Source: Octopus vulgaris (taxonomy: Eukaryota). From it: a DNA stretch of 64,000 bases. The notes below the pieces were generated by a model. It searched no databases, was not told the DNA's origin, and saw only the letters and a list, made by a program, of their open reading frames with translations. A program made the translations under genes and the position numbers. Positions 38,573 through 52,229 of this stretch are shown here, piece after piece. Numbering within the stretch: position 1 is the first letter of the stretch; every line of letters begins with the position of its first letter. The stretch is from NCBI GenBank assembly GCA_951406725.2, contig OX597818.1, forward strand, positions 33,976,001 through 34,040,000, given 5' to 3'.

Positions 38573-39795
38573 CACATATGACAGAAGTAAATAGATGCCA
38601 CATAAAATATTGTGTTTTGTTTATTCTAATTTGTAAAGGTTTATATTTTGTATTGACGTTTTTATGTTTAAGGTTCTATGTGTGACTGTTTAATCAAGCC
38701 AAGTACGAAAGAAGCCTTGGAACTGTCTGAATTTCAAAGAGACCGTATGGTAGGTCATTCTGAAGATGGACATACCGTAAAATCGCAGAAAATCTTGGGA
38801 TCCCGCATTCTACAGTTGATAGAGTGGCTGAGCAATTCACCAGAGAGGGGAAGGATTCTACATCACCTCACTCAGGTTGACTATGTCTCTCTGATTGGAC
38901 CTTTCATTTTGTTAAGAGAAGTGTGGAGGATAGTCCTTGTTCTAAGACCTCTATTATAGCAGAACATGTTGATATATGTCCTAGAACAGGTATCAGGTAT
39001 CTCCACAAACTTGGTTACTATGGCAGAGCAGCAAGAAGGAAGCCACTTCTCTGGCCAGCCAATATCAAGCGGAGAAAAGATTGAGCCAGTGAGATGGTGG
39101 AAAGGTCACTATCATTTTGGGACACTGTCATATTCTTCAATGAGTCCAGATTTGCTGTATTTTCTGACAGTGGTTGAGTGTGGGTCTGGGAACTCTGTGA
39201 TCAAGAATTTGATGTGAAAAGGTTGCCCCCAACAATGAAGCATGACAACTATTCTGAGATTGTCTGGCGAGAAATTAGGGACAATGGTCAATCAGAACTG
39301 ATGGAGTGTGAGAGAAACATACACTCAGATAGATATATGTCCATATTGCAGAACGAACTCATTCCAATCTTTATTAAAGAAGATTCTGTATTTATGGAAG
39401 ATGGAGGTCCTTGTCACACTGCTAAAATGATCCAAAATTTGTTGGATGGCATTAAAAAGCTCCCATAGCCAAGCCAGTCACCAGATATGAACCCTATTGT
39501 ACACCTCTGGCGCATAATGGACAGGTCACTTCATAAAAAGAACAAGAAAGCATCCTCAAAGCCAGATCTTTTGAGATTATTGCATGAAACTTGGCAAGAA
39601 ATTCTGCAAAAGAATATACGTCATCTGATCATTATCATGCCTAATAGGACCCTTGCATTGAGATATGGAAAGGGCACGCCTACTAAATATTAAATGTTCA
39701 TATTATAACAATTAATAAATAATTTGAATGCATAATTTCAGATTTAAATAAATTTTAACGATTGTAACGGTGTCTATTTACTTTTGTTATGTCTG
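38573..39795 (+). mobile_element. Tc1-family transposon with decayed transposase
   Basis: TIRs cacatatgacagaagtaaataga / tctatttacttttgttatgtctg. Motifs ELSEFQRDRMVG, VIFFNESRF, FMEDGGPCHTAK, *PSQSPDMNPIVHLW, KGTPTKY*. Confidence 0.92.
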
Positions 39796-39824
39796 TATAT
39801 ATATATAGATATTTTATATATATA

Positions 39825-40855
39825 CTAGCATTAAAGACCCGTCGTTACCGGGTCATAGTGCTAGTGCATGCATATATGTGTATATATATGTGTACATATT
39901 ACATGTACATCTATATACATACATCTACACATAAAATACAAAATACAAAGTTATATCTTGATATCGCTAGTGATAACAATACTCAAAATATATAACAGAC
40001 TGGAATTGTTAGCCCGTCTTTCGATCAATTGTATATTGTCCTCCCCCTTGTATAGAAGTGTGGCTACAATCCAGCCTACCTCTACTTCTGGGGGGGGGGT
40101 CCATTTTAAATTTTTTCCGGGACGTCCTACGTCCCAGATATAAAGGTAAGAATAAAATATATCAACTTTACAAGTTCTAGTCGAGTACTCCCTTGCACGC
40201 TCCGTTGACTCGAACCTTGCTTCTATTGTGTGCGAATTTACCGCCTCTAATTAGATACCTTTCATAGTCGCACCAAGACACTTTTCGAAGGTGCTTTTCT
40301 CCATGTGTTCAAATCTTCTTTTTTCTCTAAATTGTATACTTTATAGACAATAGTCTTTTCTTTAATTTAATTTCTTTATTATCTATCTGGGCTATTCCAT
40401 TTCTGCACGCTAATTTTATTTTTAATTTATTCCCATTCATGTGAAACCACTTATTCAAGTTCAAATCATTGATGCAATTTTATACCAATTGCTATTTTTA
40501 CTTTTGTTACGTTACTTTAGTTTGATTTAATTATTACTTACTACATATAATTCAATTGTTATTATTATTTTTATTGTTAAAGTGAAAGTATCTGACATAA
40601 AATAGAGAAACATTTTTGTTTCACTTTTAACACGTAATACTGAAATAGTGGAGAAGATATGATATTGCTGTGGGCTCGCAATAGGCAAAAAGTTTTTTAA
40701 AATTTTTTTGCCGATGACACTCCCCGGATCCTAAGTAAGGCATGTGTAAAATTTGAATGAAATTGGTTGTGTAGTTCTCAAGTTTTAGGGAAACACACAG
40801 ACAGCTAGACAGACATACACACACACACACATTCTCAGTTTTATATATATAAAGA
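39825..40855 (-). mobile_element. Non-autonomous Helitron
   Basis: Minus strand starts a|tctttatatatataaaactgagaatgtgtg and ends with hairpin gacccggtaacgacgggtc then CTAG|T. Confidence 0.82.
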
Positions 40856-40942
40856 TATATGTGTGTATGTGTCGGTGTATGTATGTATGATATATACACA
40901 TACATACATATTATACACATACACACACACATATATATATAT

Positions 40943-41090
40943 AGGGAGAATTCACGAAAAAACAAAAGACGAAGACAGGTGGTGTAGAAAACAAACATAT
41001 GTATTAGTATAACGCTCGGGAATTTAAAAAGTATTTTACGTTTCGAGCTTACGCTCTTCCACAGAAAGGAACACAGAAAGAAACAAGGAG
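40943..41090 (-). mobile_element. H1-related short element with variant hammerhead core
   Basis: Minus strand 41033-41068: cttt CTGTGGA a gagc-gtaa-gctc GAAA cg TA aaat. Confidence 0.55.
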
Positions 41091-41097
41091 ATATATA

Positions 41098-41248
41098 TAC
41101 TACGGCTTCTTTCAGTTTTCGTCTACCAAATCCACTCACAAGCCACTCACAAGGCTTTAGTCGGACTGAGATTATAATAATAGACACTTGCCCATGGTAA
41201 CATGTAGTGGAACTGAACCCAGAACATTGCGGTTGGGAAGCAAGCTTC
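41098..41248 (-). mobile_element. SINE family A 5' half
   Basis: aagcttgcttcccaacc..gggttcagttccact..ggaaaactgaaagaagcc-like body on minus strand. Confidence 0.85.
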
Positions 41249-41252
41249 ATAC

Positions 41253-41292
<40 letters not shown>

Positions 41293-41536
41293 AAGTAAAA
41301 TAATCAAAAGGAAGAGTAAGAGCAGCTTTTAAATAATCACTACAAATGCTTCAATACATACGGATCCAAGTATATACAGGATTTAAAGTTAAACTTAAAT
41401 TTGAATTAAATTTTGTAACAATTTACCTGTATAAGAAGATCCATGTGAATCTCCTCAGGCGATATTTAATTGCTGTCTCCGTAAGTAAATCTAGATTTCC
41501 ATGCTACAACATCCATGGAACTGACTATATATATAA

Positions 41537-41580
<44 letters not shown>

Positions 41581-41956
41581 GCACACATATATATGTGTGT
41601 GTATGTGCACGCATCCAAGTGTGTGCCTGTTCATTTGTATGTGTCTATGCATATATATATATATATATATATATGTGTGCATTTATGTGTATATACATAT
41701 GTGTACGTATGTGTGTGTGTATGTATGTATAAATAAATAAATAAATAAATATATAGATAAACATATATTCACAGGAATATAATTGACATTAAAGATGTCG
41801 GATAAAAGAAGGGCGTAGAGAGGGAGTTTGAACCAAGAAATCAATGACAGAGCAAAACTGTGTTAAATAAATATGACGACGACAGAGAGGAAGTATACTA
41901 TTCATATCGATACACACGTACACGCATTCTTACACACACAAGGTTATATATAATGT

Positions 41957-42029
<73 letters not shown>

Positions 42030-42294
42030 GCACATGCAGATTCGTATCGGGGCGGGGGGGGGGGGTTATTTAACGTTGCATATATATTTTTTTCCGGGGT
42101 ATATTTTTATCTCTTAAATACTGTTCCAGAATTTGATTTGCTTTTCAGCCGATACGCCCTCTAGTTGCCAAGTAATCAATTTCTCTTTCTAAAGAAGAAG
42201 AAGAAGAAGAAGAAGAAGAAGAAGAAGAAGAAGAAGAAGAAGAAGAAGAAGAAGAAGAAGAAGAAGGGGAAGAAGAAGGGGAAGATGAGGAGAG

Positions 42295-42368
<74 letters not shown>

Positions 42369-42666
42369 TGCAGTAGTAGTAGTAGTAGCAGCAGTAGTAG
42401 TAGCAGCAGAAGAAGTAAAAGAAAGGGAAGAAGAAAGAGAAGAAGAAAGAGATGGAGAAGAAGAAGAAGAGTCCGACACTCTAATCACTGAGCAACACGC
42501 CTTCACAATGTTGTGTGCGTGTATATACACACATACATACACATGCATGTATATATGTTTATATATATGTTTATGTTTATATACATGTGTGTGTGTTTGT
42601 ATGTATGTATGTATGTATGTATGCATGTATGTATGTATGTATGCATATACATATATATATATATAT

Positions 42667-42727
<61 letters not shown>

Positions 42728-43311
42728 ATACATCAAAGGTGCTAGATATGAAAAACTCGATAAGCTTTCAACAATTTTCAAGATTCACCCTATAACTATT
42801 GGCAATAGCAATAACAACAACAACAACGGCGACAACAAAAACCAGAACAGCAGCAGTAACAACAACAACAGCAATAACAACACTAATAATTACTACTACC
42901 CTATAATTTTGACTCTTATTTCCAATACTAATATGTGGTTCCTGTGTGAAAGACGAATGGCAGGTTTAGGTTTTTTTGATTGAAAACATCAAAGCAAATT
43001 CTTTCAAAACAGACTCAGCATTCTATATGTATTGTGTAAATAATGGGAATTCCAAAGGAGGTGGGATGACATAGAAATGTATCACCAGACTAAATGTCTT
43101 GTAGTATTTAGTCTCTTGTCTCATTCCTCTATGTTCCGAGATCGAATTCTGCAGTGCCTTTCATCATCACATTCCTGTGTAAATGCATTAACTGAAATCG
43201 ATGCAATCGACTGTACATACATACATACATACATATATACATACATACATACATACATACATACATACATACATGCATACATTTATGTTTATATTTATAT
43301 ACACACAACAC

Positions 43312-43626
43312 GGGAGCACTCCGTCGGTTACGACGTCGAAGAATTCCGATCAACGGAAAAGCTGCCTCGTGAAATTAACGTGCAAGTGGCTGAGCACTCC
43401 ACAGACACGTGTACCCTTATCGTGGTTCTCAGGGAGATTCAGCGTGACACAGTGTGTGACAAGGCTGGAACTTTGAAATACAAGTACTACTCATTTTTGG
43501 CAGCTGAGTGGTCTGGAAGCAACGTGAAATAAAGTGTCTTGCTCAAGGACACAACGCGTCGCCGGGAATTGAACTCACGACGTTACGATCGTCAGCTGAG
43601 TGCTCTAATCACTAAGCCACGGCGCC
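43312..43626 (-). mobile_element. SINE family B, full length
   Basis: Minus strand gtggcttagtgattagagc A box, gagttcaattccc B box, CORE-like gtccttgagcaagacactttatttcacgttgc..ccactcagctg..aaatgagta. Confidence 0.88.
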
Positions 43627-43696
43627 ATCACATATTCATACACACACACACACACACAAACATATACACAATATACACATATACATGTACACACAC

Positions 43697-43759
<63 letters not shown>

Positions 43760-43779
43760 CACACACGAATATATAGATA

Positions 43780-43815
<36 letters not shown>

Positions 43816-43816
<1 letters not shown>

Positions 43817-43859
43817 CACAACATTTCGGCTGATATACCCTCCAGCCTTCTTCAGGTGT
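43816..43859 (-). ncRNA. Minimal type-I hammerhead motif (family H5)
   Basis: Minus strand acac CTGAAGA a ggctg-gagggtatat-cagcc GAAA tg TT gtgt. Confidence 0.7.
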
Positions 43860-43940
43860 ACTGGAGAAATTTTGAACCTACGTTCTCATTCCTAAGGTAT
43901 TTTTCGATGTTGTTGTTGTTGTTATTATTATTATTATTCA

Positions 43941-44906
43941 GAAGTTTTATTTTTATAGCGTGCTTTCACTTCACTACCGAGCGCAGCTCTGTGTGCCTTA
44001 GGTATGTGCTGTGATTTGTTGCGATGCTCTGATGGTTATTGTATAGAAAGTGTTCTGCGTAGGATGTGTGCAGGGCCTAGTAGTGCAATTTTCTGTATGT
44101 TATAAGTGTTTGTAAGTCCTGGTGTTTTTGTTATGTATTTGTCTGAATATTTTTTTATCGTGCCTAATGCACCTACTATGATAGGAGTTGTTTCTGTTTT
44201 TTTAGATTCCACATTCTGGTTACCTCTATTTCCAGGTCTTTGTATTTTGAAAGTTTCTCCATTTCTTTTAGAGACACGTTGACATCTGCCGGTATTGATA
44301 CATCAATTAGAAAGCATTTTTTTCTTCATGATCTCTGACAACTATATCTGGTCTGTTGGCCTTAATTTCTCTATCTGTGTGTATCGGCATATCCCAGAGT
44401 ATGGTTGCTTTCTCGTTTTCTGTGACCTTTTCTGGTGTGTGCCTATACCATCTTTTTTCTGTTGTTATTCCATAATGTTGGCATAGCTTCCAGTGTATGT
44501 AGGTTCCAACTCTGTCATGTATGTGAATATATTCCTTCTTAGCCAGGACTGGGCAGCCAGAGATAATATGATTTATTGTTTCTTGTCCATCTCCACATAT
44601 TCTGCAGTTACTTGTTATATTTCTTTTCATTACATGTTTTTGGTAATTTCTAGTGGGGAGGCTTTGGTCTTGTGCTGCAATTAAAAATCCCTCTGTCTCT
44701 GCTTTGAGTCCTGAGCTTCTCAACGATTGCTGGAATTTTTCTTTGTCTATTTCTTTTGCGTTTAGTTTAGTCCAGTATTTACCATGAAGGGGCTTTTCTT
44801 GCTATCGTTTTATCATGGTTCGTTGCTGTTCTATTTTTATTTTGGATTTCATTTGTTTTATAGCTTTTGTTGATTCTTCATCTTCTACTTCTTCTTCTTC
44901 ATGTTT
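43941..44906 (-). mobile_element. R4/Dong-like non-LTR retrotransposon, 5'-truncated copy 1
   Basis: LKAETEGFLIAAQDQ, CCHC knuckle CRICG..ETINHIISGC, RLE motif ANRPDIVV..LID..EK..KYKDL, ending HILRRTLSIQ*; flanked by (TTA)n. Confidence 0.92.
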
Positions 44907-44911
44907 ATTAG

Positions 44912-44945
<34 letters not shown>

Positions 44946-44967
44946 TTCTTTCTTCTTCTTCTTCTTC

Positions 44968-45034
<67 letters not shown>

Positions 45035-45087
45035 TTTATTTATCTATTATTATTATTATATTATTATTATTATTATTATTCATTACT

Positions 45088-45163
<76 letters not shown>

Positions 45164-45164
45164 C

Positions 45165-46263
45165 TTTTTTTTTCTTCTTTCAAATTTGCTTCCATTTCTT
45201 GCCGAGTGTCTTCCCGACTCCTAGGGCAAAGAAAATCATAGTATACATTGGTAGGCCATTAAACTAAACTCACTAGTTCGCTCATTTTTTTTTTTAGTTA
45301 AATTAAAATACATGGGTAGTAATAGTTCTCACATCGACAATGCTCTTCTCAATACGTGTGATGTATCAGTTAAGACAATCTTTTGCACTTCTTGCAGGGA
45401 TGGTAAGCTAGGGATCATTCTCATATAATTTTCGGTTCCCTTCTTGATCATTCCTAGTGCTCCTACGATCACTGGTATTGTAACCGCCTTGAGATGCCAC
45501 ATTTTCTCAATTTCAATGAGCAGGTCTTTATATCCTCTGAGCTTTTCAAACTCTTTCGCCGAGATATTATGATCACAGGGGATGCTCATGTCGATCAATA
45601 AGCAAACTTTATTGTTTTGGTCTTTCACAACAATATCTGGTTTATTGGCTTTGATGGTTCGGTCTGTATGTACTGGAAAGTCCCACAGAATCGTTACATT
45701 TTCTCCTTCAGTTACAGCTTCAGGGTGGTGATTATACCACATGTCGGCAGTTTTTATATTGTAATGCCGACTTATTAGCCAGTGTAGATATTAGCCAACT
45801 CTGTCATGTCTTAATTTATACTCCACTGGTGCTAAGACTTTACATCCAGAGATTAGGTGGTCCACTGTTTCAATCATGTTGTTGCAGAATCGGCATTTTG
45901 GGTCTGCTCCATTTTTCATCACATTGGCCTGGTAGTTCCGGGTTAATAGGCTTTGATCTTGAGCAGCCAGGATGAAACCTTCGCTCTCTGCTTTTAGCCC
46001 TGAGCTCTGTAGCCACTGATGGGTTTGCTTCTGGTCAACATCAGCTTGTTTGCTACGGGCTACATATTTGCCGTGCAGAGGTTTCTCCTCCCACCTATCA
46101 GCCAATTGCTCGTGCGCTTTTTTCGTTGCCATTATTTTCACCTTCTTTGCAACAATAGTTGCCGTACTTCCCTCGGGTTGTTCAGTTTGGGTATCCTGCA
46201 CGAGATCAATAGCAATTTTTTTGCTTTCTTTTATGATAGAATGAAGCTTCTTTCGTCTCTCGT
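45165..46263 (-). mobile_element. R4/Dong-like non-LTR retrotransposon, 5'-truncated copy 2 (different subfamily)
   Basis: ORFs 45791-46201 and 45329-45742 are in the same frame, separated by one stop: KPLHGKY, CRFC..ETVDHLISGC, ANKPDIVV..LIDMSIP..EK; flanked by (TTA)n. Confidence 0.93.
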
Positions 46264-46264
46264 G

Positions 46265-46335
<71 letters not shown>

Positions 46336-46431
46336 CATCATCATCATCATCATCATCATCATTATTATTACTATTATTATTATTATCATTATTATTATTA
46401 TTATTTTTCAGGTCACTGCCTGGAATCGAAC

Positions 46432-48425
46432 TGCCTGATGGATGTGTTTCTGGTCTACATCAACCTGTTTCCGACGCGCCACATATTTGTCATGCAGAGG
46501 TTTTTGTTCCCACCTATCAGTCAATTGTTCAAATGCATTTTGCTTTGCTATTGATTTCACCTTCGCAACTACAGTTGCCGCACTTCCATTATGCTGTTCA
46601 ACCTGGGTATTATGTATAAACTCACTAGCACATTTTTTGCTCTCCTTCCTAACAGAATGAAGCTTCTTACATCGCTTGTGGTTTTCAACGACTTTTAGCA
46701 TCCACTCTTTAGATGTTTAAGGATATTTTGCTAGTCCAACTGTGGTGGTTTTGTAAAAGATTTCAAATTAGATCGAGCTTCGACCTCCTTTGAGCTCTGT
46801 GAAGGTAAAGATGATCCGTGTCTGTCTTTGAGTGGTGCATCTTATTGCAAGTCAGCATCTTACGGATATCCATGTCAGTCCTCCTTATTTTACTCATATT
46901 CCAGTTCAACACACTGAAACTGTAAATAACAACCGGAACTGCTAAAGAATTTATAGCTAACACCTTTTTACGTGCATTTAACTTGGATTTTAGGACTGCT
47001 CGATCTCTCCTGTAACATTCCTCTCTGATCTACTCTTTCATATTTGTATACTGTATGCCAGAATCTACATTTATTCCGAGGTATTCGTAAATTTGTTCCT
47101 GCTCGTGCTCTTTTATAACCGTGTCAACATATATCACCATTGAATGTGAAGTCTTTAATTTTCTTTTCTGGAAAGTGGCCTTCGCATATTTATCAAGACT
47201 AAATTTCACCCTGGTGAATGCCTTCACATCGCTGAATACTTTCACAGAACGTAGTCGTCCTTCAAGCTCATTATCGTATTTACCAAAGAGTTTTAAGTCA
47301 CTCATATAAAATTGATGATTTAATTTCTTGTCACCAATTTTATATACATACCCTGTTCTCTTAAGTTCATTTGTAAGGGTATTAGGTCTATGCAAAAATT
47401 TAGAGGTGAAAGTGAGTCACCTTGGAAAATACTGCTGTTGATATTTAATATTGTTTGTGGGCAATACTCCATTAGAGTGCTATAATTGGAGATTTGTATT
47501 CCACACTGATATGTTGTGCTTCAGGAAGTTTGAAATCGCAGGAGAAATTTTGAAGATATCCAGCGACTTCAAGGTACATGAATGCGGTATGCAGTCAAAT
47601 GTCTTTTTATAATCAATCCATGCAGAATTGAGATTTCTTCATTTTTTTATGACAGATCTCAAGGCATGCTTAAGTGTTTGTTTTGCATCCATGAGCTTTG
47701 TCAGCACCCTTTTCATACAGAGGGGAAAATATCGTTCTATTCCATAAATTTGTATGTTTTCTCCACGAAGATTGATGTTAAAACTTTATACGTGGTAGAT
47801 AGACATATTATGGGCCTATAGTTTTGGGGAAATTTGCTTTTATTATTCTTCGGGGGTAGGTAAATAATACCTCTTGCTAACCAATCAGGTTTTTCGTAAG
47901 ATCTCTCATGATTTCATTGATAAACTGAACTAGCTTTTCGTGTGCGCACGGGAGCTATGCGAGGCAGACATTTGGCAACCTATCATTACTAAGGCATACC
48001 CACTTATGAACCTTCGTGAGAGTCATTCTTAGGTCTGCTGTTGTGATCTTTCCATGCTTGTTCTGATAAATTTTGGTAGGATACTTCTGTACGTCTAATC
48101 CAGTCTGCATTTTTATTGTATCTCTTTTCATCACTCCACATTTTTTTCAAAAGTTATCAGCTTCTCTCATGGGAGAGGTTGTCTTCAACGGTTATTATCT
48201 GCTTACCTATGTCTGTGTAGAATGTTTTCGCATTGGATGTGAACAACTTATTTTGCTTGTAAAACTTGTTTCTCTTCTCAAATGTTTCTATTCTTTGAGC
48301 TTTTACCTGGACAGCGCGTGTCCTTTCAGGTGGGGCCCAGTTAGAATTTTCCTCTGGTCGAGCAACCCATCTCGCTCAAAGGGTCCTTGAATAAGCGTTG
48401 TTTAAGGATGTTGAACGAAACATAC
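46432..48425 (-). mobile_element. R4/Dong-like element copy 3, old, RT-containing, 3' end missing
   Basis: NYRPI.CL, IFQGDSLSPL (~47400-47432), YMSDLKL (YMDD equivalent), YEYLGI, AINSLAVPV..YSF, KPLHDKY; many frameshifts. Confidence 0.88.
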
Positions 48426-48561
48426 TTCATGAAGTGTAAGTCGAAAATGTGCATAACCTTCACATTTAATCTTTTCACAAACACACACACAGACACACAC
48501 GCATGCGCACGCACATATATATGAAAATATCCGTGCATGTGTATATATATATATATATATT

Positions 48562-48745
48562 TAAAATAATAAGGGTGAAAAATTGAATATTAATTTGATT
48601 AATATCAATTTAAAACCAGTGGTCTAGCATACAGAAAAATCTGAAGTTTCAGAAAAATTGTATTACATACATATAAGAGATATGACCAAAAATGTTCTTA
48701 TATGGGGTCTACTTCTAGCATATGGATGTCCACTTAGTGAAACAT
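48562..48745. mobile_element. Relative of the 16481-16780 foldback family
   Basis: agggtgaaaaattgaatattaattt..atcaatttaaaaccagtggtcta is the reverse complement of ~16713-16768; lies in (TA)n. Confidence 0.65.
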
Positions 48746-49863
48746 ATATGTGTATATATGTATCTTAATATATATGTATATGTGTATGTGAATCTATGGA
48801 TGTATATGTATATGTGTGTGTGTATTTGTATGCACACACTCACACATGTACATACATATATTTATACATGCATACACGCATATACGCAGTGAGGGGACAT
48901 CTGTTCGTGTATTTATAAGGTCTGTGCATATATTTTATTTCTTATAACTCTTTGAAACTTCATGTATGTGCATTTGCATTAGTGATTTATAGATGTGTGT
49001 AAATAGATGATTCGGTGTTGTTAGGTTTGTTTCCTTTTAACTCTATTCTTTTGAACAAATTCAGGTATTTTATAAAATGAATTCCTATTGTCCATTTTCA
49101 CATTAGACCGGTTTATCAACCTTGTTTTATAATCTTCACTTAGTTTCGGATAGATTCTCTGTAGTAATTTAATAACACAAAGTCAGCAAAGTTATCGTGC
49201 TTTTGTAAGCCAACAGCCATCTTGACACATTTTCCGCTCTCCGGAGCGTAGACTATAAAGGGAAAACAAAAACGGATATAAAAACGAAGAACAGACGAAG
49301 GATTAATCTCAATGATTTTACCCGAATTATATCCGAACTAATTTCATAGTGTTTTTATAACGTTTGTTTTCTTATTTTCCTTGATATACTTAATCAATAA
49401 CAATAACATTACGGATATTAAAATAGTGGAAAGCTGACTTAATCAGAAAGGAAAAAGGAAAGCAGTTGTTTATCATGCAGTTTGGGCTTCGTGCGTTTCG
49501 ATGTTATTTTAGGGAAATACTTACAAAGCGTATTAAATTGAGAGATAAAGGACACTCGGTTCATGATGTGTAGAAGTAAAAACAAGTTCGGCCATTATAA
49601 TTAATCCCCTTTAAGTAATCATGGTATAAATACATAATCAACTGGGCTTTAAAATGAGAAACAGACAAATCCCATTTCGCTGTATTTTTTTTACTCCTAC
49701 TTTCTTAAGAGTATGACAACGATTCGATAATCGCATTCGACATAATTGTGCTGCAGTGTCTGATTTTTATATGAGTCAATGAAAACTATAGTATGGTTAC
49801 CATTAGCTTAGGTACAAGTTACAACAAGTCACATCTCAAGTATTATTATTATCATTATTATTA

Positions 49864-49911
<48 letters not shown>

Positions 49912-50100
49912 GAAGTTGATGAAAATATTGGGAAACATGAAGGAGAGAGGAAAGAGGCAATTATATAGGATAGATAAAAAGGAAGGAGATGCAATCTCTT
50001 AAGAATTTTGGTTATCTTCCCAGAACAAATCCGCACCCTTAACAAAATGAAAGTAAAACCAGATTCTGCAAATAAAAGCGAAATCATGCAACGTAAAAAC

Positions 50101-50141
50101 TGTTTGTTTCCGGCTCGATAATGTTGAGAAGTAGATATTGA

Positions 50142-50228
<87 letters not shown>

Positions 50229-50294
50229 TGTGTCTGTGAACACACACACACATTCAATATCTACTTCTCAACATTATCGAGCCGGAAACAAACA
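50101..50294. repeat. Perfect ~55-bp inverted duplication flanking (TG)n
   Basis: 50101-50155 is the exact reverse complement of 50240-50294. Confidence 0.93.
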
Positions 50295-50346
50295 CACATA
50301 TGTATGTATATGTATGTGTATATATATGTATAAAGATATATATATA

Positions 50347-50478
<132 letters not shown>

Positions 50479-50485
50479 GTATATG

Positions 50486-50579
<94 letters not shown>

Positions 50580-51098
50580 TCAAATCGAAGTAAATAACAT
50601 TTAAAGCAAGAGGAGATATCAAGAAATAGAACATTTAGAAATGGATTTTGCTCTTCGATCGTAGAACTCTACTGGATTTCTAGGATTATCGGAAAAGACA
50701 AAAAAAAAAAAGGAAAAAAAAAAAAAGAAAAATACAATACACGAAAAGTCAAAAGATTCTTTGGAATATCCGACAACTATGTTAGCGGTATTAGTAAGGC
50801 TTCAAGTAATTTTAAAGACTGATTGAATTAATGTTGTTCAATAGAGTGAAAAACAATAACGGTTGCAAAAGGAAACTATAGTAAATATTGATATTATACA
50901 TCTTAAAATTTGCTTTATTTTGTTGTATAATAAATATCAAGTTAGTCCTGATTTATCTTCATTTGGTATTGCTATGTAACTTTGTGACTGTTTACCATGA
51001 AATGCAATATTTATTTAGTTAAATACTTTTAAGTTGTTAAGTCTGTTTACTCTTGTTGTTTGTTGTGTGTTAGGGTGTATGTGTATGGATATATATGG

Positions 51099-51151
<53 letters not shown>

Positions 51152-51888
51152 CACAAGCGCACACATACAAATATTTATACACATATATACATAAAAAATT
51201 TTGTATATGTGTGTGGTAGGGTGTGCTTAGCAGAGTTGTTACAGCGTCAGATATGATGCATTGTGATATTTCGATATTTGCTCTCCGACTACCTACGCTC
51301 CGAGTTCAAATCCCACTGACGTCAACTTTGCCTCTTATCCTTACGAGTTAAATAAGGAACGAAAGAGCGAAAGAAAGAAAGTAAGATTATCAACCTTTTA
51401 AAAATGCTGGACGAGAGGTCATACAATATTTACGAATATTTATTCAAGCTTTTCTCGTTTTGAGTTCAAACTCAGTTGTGGCGTATTTAGGCTACTAGTC
51501 TTTCCGATCAACAACCCCACGTGACACTTTGGGTATTTTTTAGAAGAATCTGATTTGTCGCAAACATTCGGGCCAGGTCTCTGGGTGGAAGATACTTCCT
51601 TCCATCCTCTCACTACTTCTCTTTTGACTGATATGTGCATACACAGATACGTACATATGAGCATGTCTAGATATGCATAAGAATACATACATAAAACATA
51701 CATATCTACACATACATATATACATACATACAAGCAAAAATACTCTGTTACTGATGTTGAAATTCCACTGAGGGAGCATTGGATCTAGGTTAGAAACCGG
51801 TTCTTTCTTTATTGGCAAGAAATCTTGAAATAAACTGAATAATGACGTACATACACGCACACACGCACACACACACACATATGTATAG

Positions 51889-52229
51889 TCTTTTACTCTT
51901 TTACTTGTTTCAGTCATTTGACTGCAGCCATGCTGGAGCACCGCCTTTAGTCTCCAGGACCCTATCGGTCTCTTTTGCCGAACGTAAATACACCACCATC
52001 GGTTGTCAAGCGATGTTGCGGGGACAAACGCAGACACACAAACATATACACACACATACATATATATATATATACGACTGGCTTCTTTCATTTTCCGTTT
52101 ACCAAATCAACTCACAAGGCTTTGGTCGGCCTGAGGCTATAATAGAAGACGCTTGCCCAAGGTGCTACGCAGTGTGAATGAACTCGGAACCATGTGGCTG
52201 GTAAGCAAGCTACTTACCACACAGCCACT
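51889..52229 (-). mobile_element. SINE family A with internal deletions
   Basis: Head, body and tail all recognisable on minus strand. Confidence 0.9.
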
